From positions 106,398 through 170,397 of the forward strand of contig QKBC01000021.1 of the NCBI GenBank assembly GCA_003246205.1: a stretch of DNA of 64,000 nt, written 5' to 3'. Source of the stretch: Flavobacterium haoranii (GTDB taxonomy: Bacteria > Bacteroidota > Bacteroidia > Flavobacteriales > Flavobacteriaceae). Position numbers and translations under genes: made by a program. Shown one piece after another: positions 10,174-20,548 of the stretch (positions are counted from its first letter, which is position 1; every line of letters begins with the position of its first letter). The notes beneath the pieces were generated by a model. That model was not told the DNA's origin, searched no databases, and saw only the letters and a list, made by a program, of their open reading frames with translations.

Positions 10174-11334
10174 TTATAATGTTCCTCTCAAAGCTTGCTC
10201 TCGTTCAATAGATTCGAAAAGCGCTTTAAAGTTACCGGCTCCAAAGCCTCTTGCTCCCATTCTTTGAATAATTTCAAAGAAAAGTGTTGGTCTATCTTCT
10301 ACCGGTTTGGTGAAAATTTGCAACAAATAACCTTCCTCATCTGCGTCGATCATAATACCTAATCCCTTTAAAATTTCAATATCTTCTCTCAATTCATGAG
10401 AGTGTTCTTCCAAACGACCCGGAACTGCTTTATAATATTCTTCTGGCGGAGTAGTTAAAAATTCCACTCCTCTTGAGCGCAATGCCGATACCGTTTCAAT
10501 GATATTATCTGTTGCTACTGCAATATGTTGTACCCCTGGTCCTTCGTAAAAATCTAAATATTCTTCAATTTGAGATTTTTTAACTCCTTCTGCCGGTTCA
10601 TTAATCGGAAATTTAACTCGACCGTTACCATTACTCATTACTTTACTCATTAAAGCGGAATATTCTGTATGAATTTGAGTATCGTCAAAAGACAAGAAGT
10701 TTTCAAATCCCATTACATCTTCATACCATTTTACCCAAGTGTTCATTTCTCCCCAACCTACGTTTCCTACCATGTGGTCGATGTATTTTAAACCAACCGG
10801 TTCCGGATTGTAATCTGTTTTCCATTCTACAAAGCCCGGCATAAAGGTTCCTGTATAATTTTTACGTTCTACAAACATGTGAACAGTTTCTCCATAGGTA
10901 TAGATGCCAGCTCTTACTACTTCACCAAACTCATCTTTTTCAACAGTTGGCTCCATAAAAACTTTAGCTCCTCTTTTAGTGGTTTCTTCAAAAGCAGAAC
11001 GAGCATCTTCAACCCAAAGTGCTACTACTTTAACACCATCACCGTGTTTTATAATATGTTCATTAATAGGAGATTTACTGTTTAATGGTGTTGTCAGAAC
11101 TAGTCTAATCTTGTTTTGCACTAAAACATAGCTTACTTCATCTCTTGAACCTGTTTCTAAACCTTTATAGGCTAATGATTGGAAACCGAAAGCTGATTTA
11201 TAAAAATGAGCCGCTTGTTTTGCATTCCCAACATAAAATTCAACATAATCAGTTCCTAAAAGCGGAAGAAAATCTTGCGCTCCTTCAAATATTTTTTCTA
11301 GTCCGTATTCTACGGATTTTACTTCTTTTGCCAT
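10174..11334 (-). CDS. hppD: 4-hydroxyphenylpyruvate dioxygenase
   Basis: IDHMVGNV, GVQHIA, LLQIFT, FFEIIQR..ARGFGAGNFKALFESIE. Confidence 0.97.
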   Translation of the reverse strand: MAKEVKSVEYGLEKIFEGAQDFLPLLGTDYVEFYVGNAKQAAHFYKSAFGFQSLAYKGLETGSRDEVSYVLVQNKIRLVLTTPLNSKSPINEHIIKHGDGVKVVALWVEDARSAFEETTKRGAKVFMEPTVEKDEFGEVVRAGIYTYGETVHMFVERKNYTGTFMPGFVEWKTDYNPEPVGLKYIDHMVGNVGWGEMNTWVKWYEDVMGFENFLSFDDTQIHTEYSALMSKVMSNGNGRVKFPINEPAEGVKKSQIEEYLDFYEGPGVQHIAVATDNIIETVSALRSRGVEFLTTPPEEYYKAVPGRLEEHSHELREDIEILKGLGIMIDADEEGYLLQIFTKPVEDRPTLFFEIIQRMGARGFGAGNFKALFESIEREQALRGTL

Positions 11335-11412
11335 GATAATCTTAATAGTTTGTGTGTTATTGAGGTCAATGACCTTATGTGTTTATTTAATAGTTTTTGT
11401 TTCCAATGAAAA

Positions 11413-12570
11413 TTATTCTAACCAAGATTGGTAATACTTATCATCTGCTATCTTCATAGCATCTTCCGTAATCATTAACGGTTTAAAAGTATCTACCATA
11501 ACGGCTAATTCCAACGTTTCTTTTTTTCCGATACTTCTCTCTACTGCTCCCGGATGTGGTCCATGTGGAATTCCCGCAGGATGCAATGAAATATGCCCTG
11601 CTTCGATATCGTTACGGCTCATAAAATCACCATCAACATAATACAATACCTCATCGCTATCAATATTACTATGATTGTAAGGCGCCGGAATAGATTGCGG
11701 ATGATAATCATACAAACGCGGAACGAATGAACAAATCACAAATGCATCCGTTTCAAAAGTCTGATGAATCGGTGGCGGAAGGTGAATTCTTCCTGTTATA
11801 GGTTCAAAATCGTGAATCGAAAAGGCATACGGGTAATTGTAACCGTCATATCCTACTACATCAAACGGATGTGTAGCATATATCATATCAAAAATCTCGT
11901 CTCTTTTTTTGATTTTAATCAGGAAGTCGCCTTTTTGATCATACGTTTCCAATTCTTCGGGACGACGAATATCTCGTTCACAGAATGGAGAATGTTCTAA
12001 TAATTGTCCGAACCAATTGCGGTATCTTTTTGGCGTATAAACCGGACGGTGTGATTCTACAATAAATAGGCGATTATCTTCTGTATCAAAATCTATCTTA
12101 TAGATCATTCCTCTCGGAATGACTAAGTAATCTCCGTATTTAAAATCCAAATTCCCCAGCATGGTTCTTAACTTTCCACTGCCTTTGTGAATAAAAATCA
12201 CTTCGTCTGAATCTGTATTTTTATAGAAATAATCTGTAGTCGATTTTTTAGGTGCCGCTAAGACAATATGGCAATCTGAATTGGTTAACACAATTTTGCG
12301 GCTTTCCAAAAAATCATCTTGCGGTTCTACTTGAAAACCTCTTAATCGATACGATTGGATATTATTGGCTTTTGCAATTTTAGGCGCAACATCATATTGT
12401 CCTTTAATTTCTTTTACTTGAGTAGGACGATGTTCGTGGTACATATTGGTCGACATTCCGTCAAAACCAATGGTCCCGAAAAGCTGTTCATAATACAAAT
12501 CGCCATTTTCTTTTCTGAATTGAGTATGACGTTTGTGTGGAATTTTTCCTAGTTTGTGATATATTGGCAT
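11413..12570 (-). CDS. hmgA: Homogentisate 1,2-dioxygenase
   Basis: HPFDVVGYDG, HLPPPIHQTF, PYNHSNIDSDE, LHPAGIPHGP, ELAVMVDT; start at ATG 12570. Confidence 0.93.
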   Translation of the reverse strand: MPIYHKLGKIPHKRHTQFRKENGDLYYEQLFGTIGFDGMSTNMYHEHRPTQVKEIKGQYDVAPKIAKANNIQSYRLRGFQVEPQDDFLESRKIVLTNSDCHIVLAAPKKSTTDYFYKNTDSDEVIFIHKGSGKLRTMLGNLDFKYGDYLVIPRGMIYKIDFDTEDNRLFIVESHRPVYTPKRYRNWFGQLLEHSPFCERDIRRPEELETYDQKGDFLIKIKKRDEIFDMIYATHPFDVVGYDGYNYPYAFSIHDFEPITGRIHLPPPIHQTFETDAFVICSFVPRLYDYHPQSIPAPYNHSNIDSDEVLYYVDGDFMSRNDIEAGHISLHPAGIPHGPHPGAVERSIGKKETLELAVMVDTFKPLMITEDAMKIADDKYYQSWLE

Positions 12571-12647
12571 ATCTTCAATTTTTAAATTAAACAATGTAGA
12601 ATGTAGCAATTGTGATTGTTACACTGAATAATTGATAAATTGAATTC

Positions 12648-12713
12648 TCACTCAGGATTTCTCTTGATGAGGAATTTTAAATGAGATAATAAATTTTCCC
12701 AGTACAAATTCAT
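12648..12713 (-). CDS. Candidate leader peptide/uORF MNLYWENLLSHLKFLIKRNPE
   Basis: 21-codon ORF just downstream of a TATATTTG -7 element (12721-12728), upstream of hmgA. Confidence 0.3.
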   Translation of the reverse strand: MNLYWENLLSHLKFLIKRNPE

Positions 12714-12749
12714 AATATCGCAAATATAGTGAAATATTTTTGAATTTTT

Positions 12750-14975
12750 CTAAAACCAGAACCCTACTGTAAACCAAGTATAATGATCTCTTGTTTCCGG
12801 TGACCAAGAGTGTTTTATTTCTATAGGTCCTATAATAGTTTCCATTCCATAGCCGAGAGCATAACCTGAATATTGAGGTTTGGTCAACCAATCTTCAACA
12901 TTATCAAAAATACTATTACCTATATTAGCATAATTAGCAGTGAAGTTCAAATGATGCTTTCTATAGATTTCATAATCTAAGATTACACTTCCCTTGACAT
13001 AGCTATCACCCATTAAACTTAAATAATCGTATCCGTAAAAAGGTCTGAAGTTATTTATTGAAGCAAAACCGTAACCTCCCAGAACAAAGTCAAAATAATT
13101 AATCGATTTATCTCCTACATTAAATCCTCCTTCACATTGTAATTTCAGCGTTGCCTTTTTAAAAAAGGTTTGGGCGATTCCCATATCTGCTTTAGCAATT
13201 GTAAAATCCTGAAATTCATTAGTATAATCTGAAGAGTATACAAAAGATTTTAATTCGCCGTTAAAATACCATCCTTTTTTCGGAAAGTATTTATCATCAA
13301 ACGAATCGAATTTCATATAACCAAACAAAGAAAAGTAACTACTATCTTCAAAAACCGGGCTTGTGTTCCCGACATTTACTGATTTAATCTTTAAAAATTT
13401 TAATTCGCCACCTGCTCCGATAGAAAATTTTTGGGCAAAAATGGTTTGTAAATAAATTTGATTGCTAATATCTGTAAAGTCAATATTTATGGAATTTAAT
13501 CCTAAATCTGTTAAAGTAAGGCCATTATTAAAGTCATTCTGAATATTGCTATTAAAGCTAACCATTTTAGAATTAAAGCCAAAGCTCCAATAGAAACCAT
13601 TATCAATATAATAATTCAGGTTATATCTAAAATTGTCTCCTAAAACAACATCCAGTGAAAAAACATCATTTTTAATAAACAACTTCTTTTTTGTGTAATT
13701 AACCAGGACACCGCTTTTTATTAAATCATCGTAGTGCAGCCCAAACTTTAAGAAAGCTGTTTTTTCTTTTTCTTGTAAAAAAAGATTAAATCGTTTGGCT
13801 CCTTTTGTGCTTCCTTCGTCAAAATAATAATTAATCGTCCTGAAATTTTGGCTGGCATTTAAATTGTTAATACCATTTACAATATCATTAAAACTAATCT
13901 TTGTATTTACTTTGAACTTCAATTTCCCTCTGACATAAGCTCTTGTAAAATCTTGCAGTTCATTAATTTCAATCTCTGAGACAATTAAAGAATCCTGAGC
14001 TTTAATCGGAGCCCTAAAAAACGGAGGATCAGGAACCAGTTTCAGTAAATCTTTTTCTTTTATAGTCGCCGCTTCAACTCCTTTAGGAATAATATATGCC
14101 CCTTCTTCAAAAGACATCACATTATAACCTCTTATATCGGGTTTTATATAAATATCCGTAAGCTTTTTTTTGGATTCCATTTTTTCAATCATCCCTAAAT
14201 TACTCACTTGCAGTAAAACATTTGGAGCTCCTTTTAAATCTTCTCTGGTTTTCAATCCGTCTTGTACATCTACTCCAATGATAATATCAGCACCTCTTTC
14301 TCTAAGTAATTCTACAGGATAATTATTAACAACCCCACCGTCAATCAACAACTTTCCATCTAATTCAATCGGATTGTATAAAGAAGGGATAGCTCCGCTT
14401 GCAACCATAGCTTTAGACAAGTTTCCGGAATCCAAGACTACTTCTTTACCTGTTTCCACATTAGTTGCTATACAAAAAAACGGAATAGGTAAATCTTTAA
14501 AATCCTTAATATCACTAACATGAAATGTTAGTCTTGACAATAAATTATAATTATAAAGCCCTTTAGAAAGAGCTGTCGGTAATCCTAATCTGAATTTATC
14601 AAAAGGAAGTGTTAAGGCATAAATCTCATCATTTCTTTTCTCATAAAAGTTTTTAGCACCTCTCGGAATATAATCCTGAATCAATGCTTCTGTATCAACT
14701 TTTCGAAAAATAGAATCTATCTGATTGCCTGTATAACCCGACGCATACAATCCGCCGATAATTGCTCCCATACTGGTACCTCCGATATAATCAATCTTTA
14801 TACCGAGCGAATCTATGACCTTTAATACACCTATATGTGCTAATCCTTTTGCACCACCACCACTTAGGACAAGTCCAATTTTAGGCTGCTGCTTCTGATT
14901 TGTCAAAGTTTCCTCTTGTGCTAAGCTGATCTGGGCAGAAAATAGTAGGCTTATCAACAAGAAAATATACTTCAT
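12750..14975 (-). CDS. Patatin-like phospholipase with C-terminal beta-barrel (PlpD-like)
   Basis: GGGAKG, GTSMG, DGG motifs; C-terminal barrel ending in VGFWF. Confidence 0.9.
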   Translation of the reverse strand: MKYIFLLISLLFSAQISLAQEETLTNQKQQPKIGLVLSGGGAKGLAHIGVLKVIDSLGIKIDYIGGTSMGAIIGGLYASGYTGNQIDSIFRKVDTEALIQDYIPRGAKNFYEKRNDEIYALTLPFDKFRLGLPTALSKGLYNYNLLSRLTFHVSDIKDFKDLPIPFFCIATNVETGKEVVLDSGNLSKAMVASGAIPSLYNPIELDGKLLIDGGVVNNYPVELLRERGADIIIGVDVQDGLKTREDLKGAPNVLLQVSNLGMIEKMESKKKLTDIYIKPDIRGYNVMSFEEGAYIIPKGVEAATIKEKDLLKLVPDPPFFRAPIKAQDSLIVSEIEINELQDFTRAYVRGKLKFKVNTKISFNDIVNGINNLNASQNFRTINYYFDEGSTKGAKRFNLFLQEKEKTAFLKFGLHYDDLIKSGVLVNYTKKKLFIKNDVFSLDVVLGDNFRYNLNYYIDNGFYWSFGFNSKMVSFNSNIQNDFNNGLTLTDLGLNSINIDFTDISNQIYLQTIFAQKFSIGAGGELKFLKIKSVNVGNTSPVFEDSSYFSLFGYMKFDSFDDKYFPKKGWYFNGELKSFVYSSDYTNEFQDFTIAKADMGIAQTFFKKATLKLQCEGGFNVGDKSINYFDFVLGGYGFASINNFRPFYGYDYLSLMGDSYVKGSVILDYEIYRKHHLNFTANYANIGNSIFDNVEDWLTKPQYSGYALGYGMETIIGPIEIKHSWSPETRDHYTWFTVGFWF

Positions 14976-16777
14976 TCTTTTTTAGGATTCAATGTTTGGT
15001 AAAATTCGGAAATTTTTTTGGCTTTTGAAATTCCTACAACCTCAGAAATCTCTTTCTCAGTTGCATTTTGCAATCTTTTAACACTTTTAAAATGTTTTAG
15101 CAACGTAACCATCGTTTTTTCTCCAATTCCCGGTATGGTTTCTAACGAAGTTTGTAAAGCAGATTTACTACGTTTATCTCGATGGTGCGTAATACCAAAC
15201 CGGTGAGCTTCATTACGCAAATGTTGTATAATTTTTAAAGTTTCAGATTTCTTGTCCAAATACAATGGTACAGGATCTCCCGGATAGAATAATTCTTCCA
15301 GTCGTTTAGCAATCCCTATAATGGCTATTTTGCCCCTTAACCCCAAATCGTCCAGACTCTTCAAAGCAGAAGACAATTGCCCTTTTCCTCCGTCTATAAT
15401 AATAAGCTGCGGCAACGGTTGGTTTTCATCCAGTAACCGCTTGTATCTTCGATATACCACTTCTTCCATAGAGGCAAAATCATTCGGACCTTCAACCGTT
15501 TTGATATTGAAATGGCGATAATCTTTTTTGCTTGGTTTTCCATCTTTAAAAACTACACAGGCCGAAACCGGATTTGTTCCTTGTATATTAGAATTATCAA
15601 AACACTCAATATGTCTTGGTTCTACCGAAAGTCGCAAATCTTTCTTCATTTGCGCCATGATTCGATTGGCATGTCGGTCAGGATCTACAATCTTGATTTG
15701 TTTCAATTGATCCAAACGATAATGTTTGGCATTGCGTTCTGACAAATCGAGAATTTGCTTTTTATCACCCAATTTTGGAACAGTAACTTTTATATTTTCT
15801 CCTAAATCTACTTCAAATGGCACAATAACTTCTTTCGAAAGTAAATGAAAGCGTTCTCTTAGTTCCACAATAGCTAATTCTAAAAGCTCCTGGTCGGTTT
15901 CTTTCAATTTCTTTTTTAACTCTAACGTATGTGAGCGAATAATAGCACCATGCGAAATCTGTAAAAAATTCACATAGGCCATCGTTTCATCAGAAACTAT
16001 TGAAAAGACATCGATATTGGTAATCTTCGGATTCAAAATCGTTGATTTTGCCTGATAGTTTTCCAGAACTTCTATTTTTTCTTTTATTTTATGTGCTTCT
16101 TCAAATTTCATTTCTTCTGCTAATTCCAGCATCAGTTTTTTGAAATCCTTCAAACTGTCTTTAAAATTTCCTTTTAAAATTTCGCGAATCGCTTGAATTT
16201 GGTCTTGATAATTCTGCAAGGTTTGATAGCCTTCACACGGACCTTTACAGTTCCCGATATGATATTCTAAACACACTTTATATTTTCCCGAATCGATATT
16301 GGCTTTCGACAAATCAAAATTACACGTTCGCAGAGGATACAATTCTTTTATCAAATCCAGAAGTGTATGAACTGTCTTTCCACTAGTATATGGTCCAAAA
16401 TATTCCGAACCGTCTTTGATCATTTTCCTGGTTTGGAATACTCTGGGAAAAGCCTCATTTTTAATACAAATCCAAGGATAGCTTTTGTCATCTTTCAGCA
16501 ATACGTTGTAACGCGGCTGCAGCTTTTTAATCAAGTTATTTTCTAAAAGCAACGCATCTGTTTCCGTAGGGACTACAATATGTTTAACCGAAACAATCTT
16601 TTTGACTAAAACAGTCGTTTTATAATTATCATGCTGTTTAGTAAAATAAGATTGAACTCTCTTTTTAAGGTTTTTAGCCTTACCTACATATAAAATCTTT
16701 CCGTCTTTATCAAAATACTGATAAACTCCGGGGCTATCGGGTAACGTTTGTATCTGAAGTTCAAGTGGCGTTTGCAT
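14972..16777 (-). CDS. uvrC: Excinuclease ABC subunit C
   Basis: GVY..YVGKAKNLKKRV GIY-YIG, ECFDNSN, IIDGGKGQ, HhH IPGIGEK. Confidence 0.97.
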   Translation of the reverse strand: MQTPLELQIQTLPDSPGVYQYFDKDGKILYVGKAKNLKKRVQSYFTKQHDNYKTTVLVKKIVSVKHIVVPTETDALLLENNLIKKLQPRYNVLLKDDKSYPWICIKNEAFPRVFQTRKMIKDGSEYFGPYTSGKTVHTLLDLIKELYPLRTCNFDLSKANIDSGKYKVCLEYHIGNCKGPCEGYQTLQNYQDQIQAIREILKGNFKDSLKDFKKLMLELAEEMKFEEAHKIKEKIEVLENYQAKSTILNPKITNIDVFSIVSDETMAYVNFLQISHGAIIRSHTLELKKKLKETDQELLELAIVELRERFHLLSKEVIVPFEVDLGENIKVTVPKLGDKKQILDLSERNAKHYRLDQLKQIKIVDPDRHANRIMAQMKKDLRLSVEPRHIECFDNSNIQGTNPVSACVVFKDGKPSKKDYRHFNIKTVEGPNDFASMEEVVYRRYKRLLDENQPLPQLIIIDGGKGQLSSALKSLDDLGLRGKIAIIGIAKRLEELFYPGDPVPLYLDKKSETLKIIQHLRNEAHRFGITHHRDKRSKSALQTSLETIPGIGEKTMVTLLKHFKSVKRLQNATEKEISEVVGISKAKKISEFYQTLNPKKE

Positions 16778-16857
16778 AACACAAAATTACAAAATCACCT
16801 TTAGGATTTACCAATTAAATTTTTACTTTTAGCCTCTTAATACGTTATGTTATTGAT

Positions 16858-17826
16858 ATGGAGTCTTTAAAACCGTTAACCCTTTTTGGCGAGAGCATTT
16901 TACCCGGCGAAAACAAAACTATCAGTATGGAAATTGCTAAACTCCATACTATGAACAAGCTAAAAGTGCCTATCATTATAGAACGTTCTAAAGTTCCGGG
17001 ACCAACGGTTCTTTTTTCTGCAGGACTACATGGTGATGAGATTAACGGAACAGAAACTGTTCGCCAAATCATTACAAAAAAAATTAATAAACCCAAACGC
17101 GGTACTATTATTTGTATTCCTATCATCAATATCTTCGGTTTTGTAAATCAGACCCGAGAATTTCCCGACAAACGAGACTTAAACCGGGTTTTTCCGGGAA
17201 GTAAGGGTGGCTCTTTGGCCAGTCGGTTCGCTTATTACATTGTAAAAGAGATTTTGCCAAATGTCGATTATGTAATTGATTTTCATGCCGGTGGTGCCCA
17301 ACGGTTTAATGCTTCGCAAATTCGTATAGAACAAGGAAATCAAGAATTGAAAAAATTGGCTGAAATTTTTCATGCTCCTTTTACGTTGTATTCCAAAAAT
17401 ATTTCAGGTTCATTCAGAAGCACTTGTGATAAACTAGGTGTTAAAATGCTGCTTTTTGAAGGCGGAAAATCATTAGACCTTAATGAGGAAGTTACTAATG
17501 AAGCATTACAGGGAACAAAACGTTTCTTGGAACATTTAGACATGTTGAATCCAAAGAAAAAAGTATCCGAACCACCTCATACTTCTATCTATATTGAAAA
17601 ATCAAACTGGATTCGAGCTAAATATTCGGGTATGTTTCATGGTATAGCCCGAATAGGAAGTTTTGTAAAAAAAGGAGAAATTTTGGCAACAATTTCCGAT
17701 CCTTATGGCAAAGTAGAACATAATGTAAAATCTCCTAATGATGGCTACTTAATTAACGTAAACCATACTCCGTTTGTATATCAAGGTGATGCCATTTTTC
17801 ATATTACTACTAGTTTGGACTCCTAA
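16858..17826 (+). CDS. Succinylglutamate desuccinylase/aspartoacylase family
   Basis: AGLHGDEING, DLNRVFPG, DFHAG motifs. Confidence 0.88.
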   Translation: MESLKPLTLFGESILPGENKTISMEIAKLHTMNKLKVPIIIERSKVPGPTVLFSAGLHGDEINGTETVRQIITKKINKPKRGTIICIPIINIFGFVNQTREFPDKRDLNRVFPGSKGGSLASRFAYYIVKEILPNVDYVIDFHAGGAQRFNASQIRIEQGNQELKKLAEIFHAPFTLYSKNISGSFRSTCDKLGVKMLLFEGGKSLDLNEEVTNEALQGTKRFLEHLDMLNPKKKVSEPPHTSIYIEKSNWIRAKYSGMFHGIARIGSFVKKGEILATISDPYGKVEHNVKSPNDGYLINVNHTPFVYQGDAIFHITTSLDS

Positions 17827-17880
17827 CATTTGTCATATTCTTTGATTTTTAAAAGCCATACCTTTGGAAAAATTTTAGGT

Positions 17881-19119
17881 ATGCAATTTTGGAAAAAACT
17901 GACACAAGAACAACGCCAGCAAAGAATTCAACTGGCTTTACAGCAAAATGTTAATTTTTCAAAGGATGCTTCATTAGGCTATCCTGCTTCAAAATTAGAC
18001 AGTCGAGTGTTTAATGATGATGCTCCTTTTTTAAAAGATGCTCCAACATTACAAACCTATGTTGCTAATCCTAATAATATTGGCTGCCATACTTTCGGAA
18101 CATCTGAAAAAGCTTTCAGTGGCACTCAGGAGATCGAACGAGAAGTGTTAAATGTGATTGCCGTAGATATTTTTAAAGCTAAAGAAAATGAATTTGACGG
18201 CTATATTGCTCCGGGAGGAACCGAAGCCAATATTCAAGCCCTTTGGATCTTCCGAAATTACTTCTTTAACACCTATAATGCCAAACCGAATGAAATAGCC
18301 ATTTTAGCTTCAGAAGACACCCATTATTCTATCCCGAAAGGTTCTAATCTTCTTCAGGTAGATTGGCTAAAAATCCCCGTCGATTTTAACACAAGAGAGA
18401 TTCAAAAAGAACAGCTGGAACAGATTTTAGAAAATGCCATCCAAAACGGAAAAAAATATTTTATAGCAGTTGCCAACATGGCCACGACTATGTTTGGTTC
18501 TGTTGACAATCCGGATGTATATAGTAACGTTTTAGAAAAACATAACATCCCGTATAAATTGCATATTGACGGTGCTTATGGCGGATTTGTCTATCCGTTT
18601 AGTAATCCAAATTCTAATATTAATTTCACCAATCCTAAAATCAGTTCGATTACCATTGATGCTCACAAAATGTTACAAGCTCCTTACGGAACTGGTGTCT
18701 TTATTTGCAGAAAAGGCTTGATTGAAAATGTACTAACGAAAGAGGCTGAATATGTTGAAGGGATGGATCTGACTCTTTGCGGAAGCCGTTCGGGCGCTAA
18801 TGCTGTTGCAGTCTGGATGATTTTATTTACTTACGGTGCTTATGGCTGGCATGAAAAGATCAGTATTCTACAAATGAGGACTCAATTCCTATGTCAAGAA
18901 TTAGAGCATCTTAATATTGAATATTTCCGCGAACCTTTTATGAATCTCGTAACCATTCACTCCGAAAATATTCCTGAAACCATAGCTGAAAAATACGATT
19001 TGGTACCGCAACAACATAACGAACACAACAAATGGTATAAAATTGTCTTAATGGATCATGTTGAAGTGGAACATTTAACTACTTTTATAGCAGATTTGAA
19101 AGCGGCGCTAAATGGATAA
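17881..19119 (+). CDS. Group II PLP-dependent decarboxylase
   Basis: GGTEAN, THYSI, LHIDGAYGG, IDAHKM (PLP lysine), GSRSG; own promoter TACCTTTG at 17859-17866. Confidence 0.85.
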   Translation: MQFWKKLTQEQRQQRIQLALQQNVNFSKDASLGYPASKLDSRVFNDDAPFLKDAPTLQTYVANPNNIGCHTFGTSEKAFSGTQEIEREVLNVIAVDIFKAKENEFDGYIAPGGTEANIQALWIFRNYFFNTYNAKPNEIAILASEDTHYSIPKGSNLLQVDWLKIPVDFNTREIQKEQLEQILENAIQNGKKYFIAVANMATTMFGSVDNPDVYSNVLEKHNIPYKLHIDGAYGGFVYPFSNPNSNINFTNPKISSITIDAHKMLQAPYGTGVFICRKGLIENVLTKEAEYVEGMDLTLCGSRSGANAVAVWMILFTYGAYGWHEKISILQMRTQFLCQELEHLNIEYFREPFMNLVTIHSENIPETIAEKYDLVPQQHNEHNKWYKIVLMDHVEVEHLTTFIADLKAALNG

Positions 19120-19675
19120 AAAAGAAGCACGAAAAAAAAGTAAAGAAGCACGAAAAAATTTTTCCTTAAATGATATTGAAGAAAAGAGTTTAGCAATAGC
19201 TAATAATTTATTACAACTGGATATCTGGAACAAAACGTATTATCACATCTTTTTACCTATTGTGGAGCATAAAGAAGTGGATACCGAATTTATTTTACAA
19301 ATCCTGGCCGGAAAAGACAAGGAAGTAGTTATTTCTAAAAGTGATTTTGAAACGCGAAAAATGACTCACTTTTTGTTAACCGATAATACACGGATCAAGA
19401 AAAATAAATACAATATTCCGGAACCGGTTGACGGGATTGAAGTTCCTACAGCTAAAATTGATGTTGTCTTTGTCCCTTTATTAGCCTTTGATAAACAAGG
19501 CCATCGTGTAGGTTATGGAAAAGGATTCTACGATATTTTTTTAAGCGAATGTAAACCGGATGTTGTAAAAATCGGACTTTCGTTCTTTGAACCGGAAGAA
19601 AAAATTAAAGATATTCTGGAAACAGATATGAAACTGGATTTTTGTGTAACGGATAGCAATATTTATTCCTTTTAA
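19112..19675 (+). CDS. 5-formyltetrahydrofolate cyclo-ligase
   Basis: IPEP, VPLLAFD..GHRVGYGKGFYD. Confidence 0.93.
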   Translation: MDKKEARKKSKEARKNFSLNDIEEKSLAIANNLLQLDIWNKTYYHIFLPIVEHKEVDTEFILQILAGKDKEVVISKSDFETRKMTHFLLTDNTRIKKNKYNIPEPVDGIEVPTAKIDVVFVPLLAFDKQGHRVGYGKGFYDIFLSECKPDVVKIGLSFFEPEEKIKDILETDMKLDFCVTDSNIYSF

Positions 19676-19701
19676 GAAAAAAATTTATCCGATAAGTAGT
19701 C

Positions 19702-20343
19702 TTATTCTTCAATACCAGCAGTAGTAACTATTTTTTCCTCTTTACTACCTCCGAAAACTCTCTTATTAAAAACAATCAAGATTCCAACACCAACAGAAAT
19801 GGCGATATCAGCTACATTGAAAATAGCATTAAAGAACGTAAAATATTTACCGCCCCAGATGGGTAACCATTCCGGCAAATTGCCTTCCCAAATAGGGAAA
19901 TAAAACATATCTACTACTTCTCCGTAAAACCATTTACCATAAGGATCATCAGAAAACAGAGTTGCTACCTGATGATAGCTATCATTAAAAATTACACCAT
20001 AAAAAACAGAATCAATGATGTTTCCTACGGCTCCTGCCAAAATCAATGCAATAGCTATGACTAAGTAATTTGAAGCTTTCTTTTTAACAGAATCCCATAA
20101 CCACCAACCGATACCAAAAACGGCTATTATACGAAAAACTGTTAAAGCTAATTTTCCGTAATCTCCGGGAATTACTGCTCCCCAAGCCATTCCTTCGTTC
20201 TCAATAAAATGGATTTGGAACCATTCCCATCCTAATACTTTAATGGATTCTCCTAAATAAAAGTGGGTCTTGATATATATTTTGGATACTTGATCGATTA
20301 TAAGGACTAAAAAAACTAAAATATAAGCTTTCTTTAATGACAT
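19702..20343 (-). CDS. lspA: Lipoprotein signal peptidase
   Basis: IDQVSK, NEGMAWG, GAVGNIID, VVDM, FNVAD. Confidence 0.93.
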   Translation of the reverse strand: MSLKKAYILVFLVLIIDQVSKIYIKTHFYLGESIKVLGWEWFQIHFIENEGMAWGAVIPGDYGKLALTVFRIIAVFGIGWWLWDSVKKKASNYLVIAIALILAGAVGNIIDSVFYGVIFNDSYHQVATLFSDDPYGKWFYGEVVDMFYFPIWEGNLPEWLPIWGGKYFTFFNAIFNVADIAISVGVGILIVFNKRVFGGSKEEKIVTTAGIEE

Positions 20344-20469
20344 ATTCTTGAATTTGAGCTGCAAAAGTACTGAAATTTCTACATTCCTATTTTAAAAACG
20401 AAAAAAAGTAATTTTATTGAATTAACCACCTATTTTAGCCTAATTTTAACTTTTATTTTTACTAAAAAA

Positions 20470-20520
20470 ATTCCAAACTCTTCCTGCTCAACCTTGGTTA
20501 AGTCATTGGGAGTTTGGAAT
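20470..20520 (-). terminator. Long hairpin/terminator downstream of dksA-like gene
   Basis: ATTCCAAACTC...GAGTTTGGAAT inverted repeat, followed by T-run on minus strand. Confidence 0.55.
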
Positions 20521-20548
20521 CTTTCCCTAAATCGGGAGTTTGTATTTA

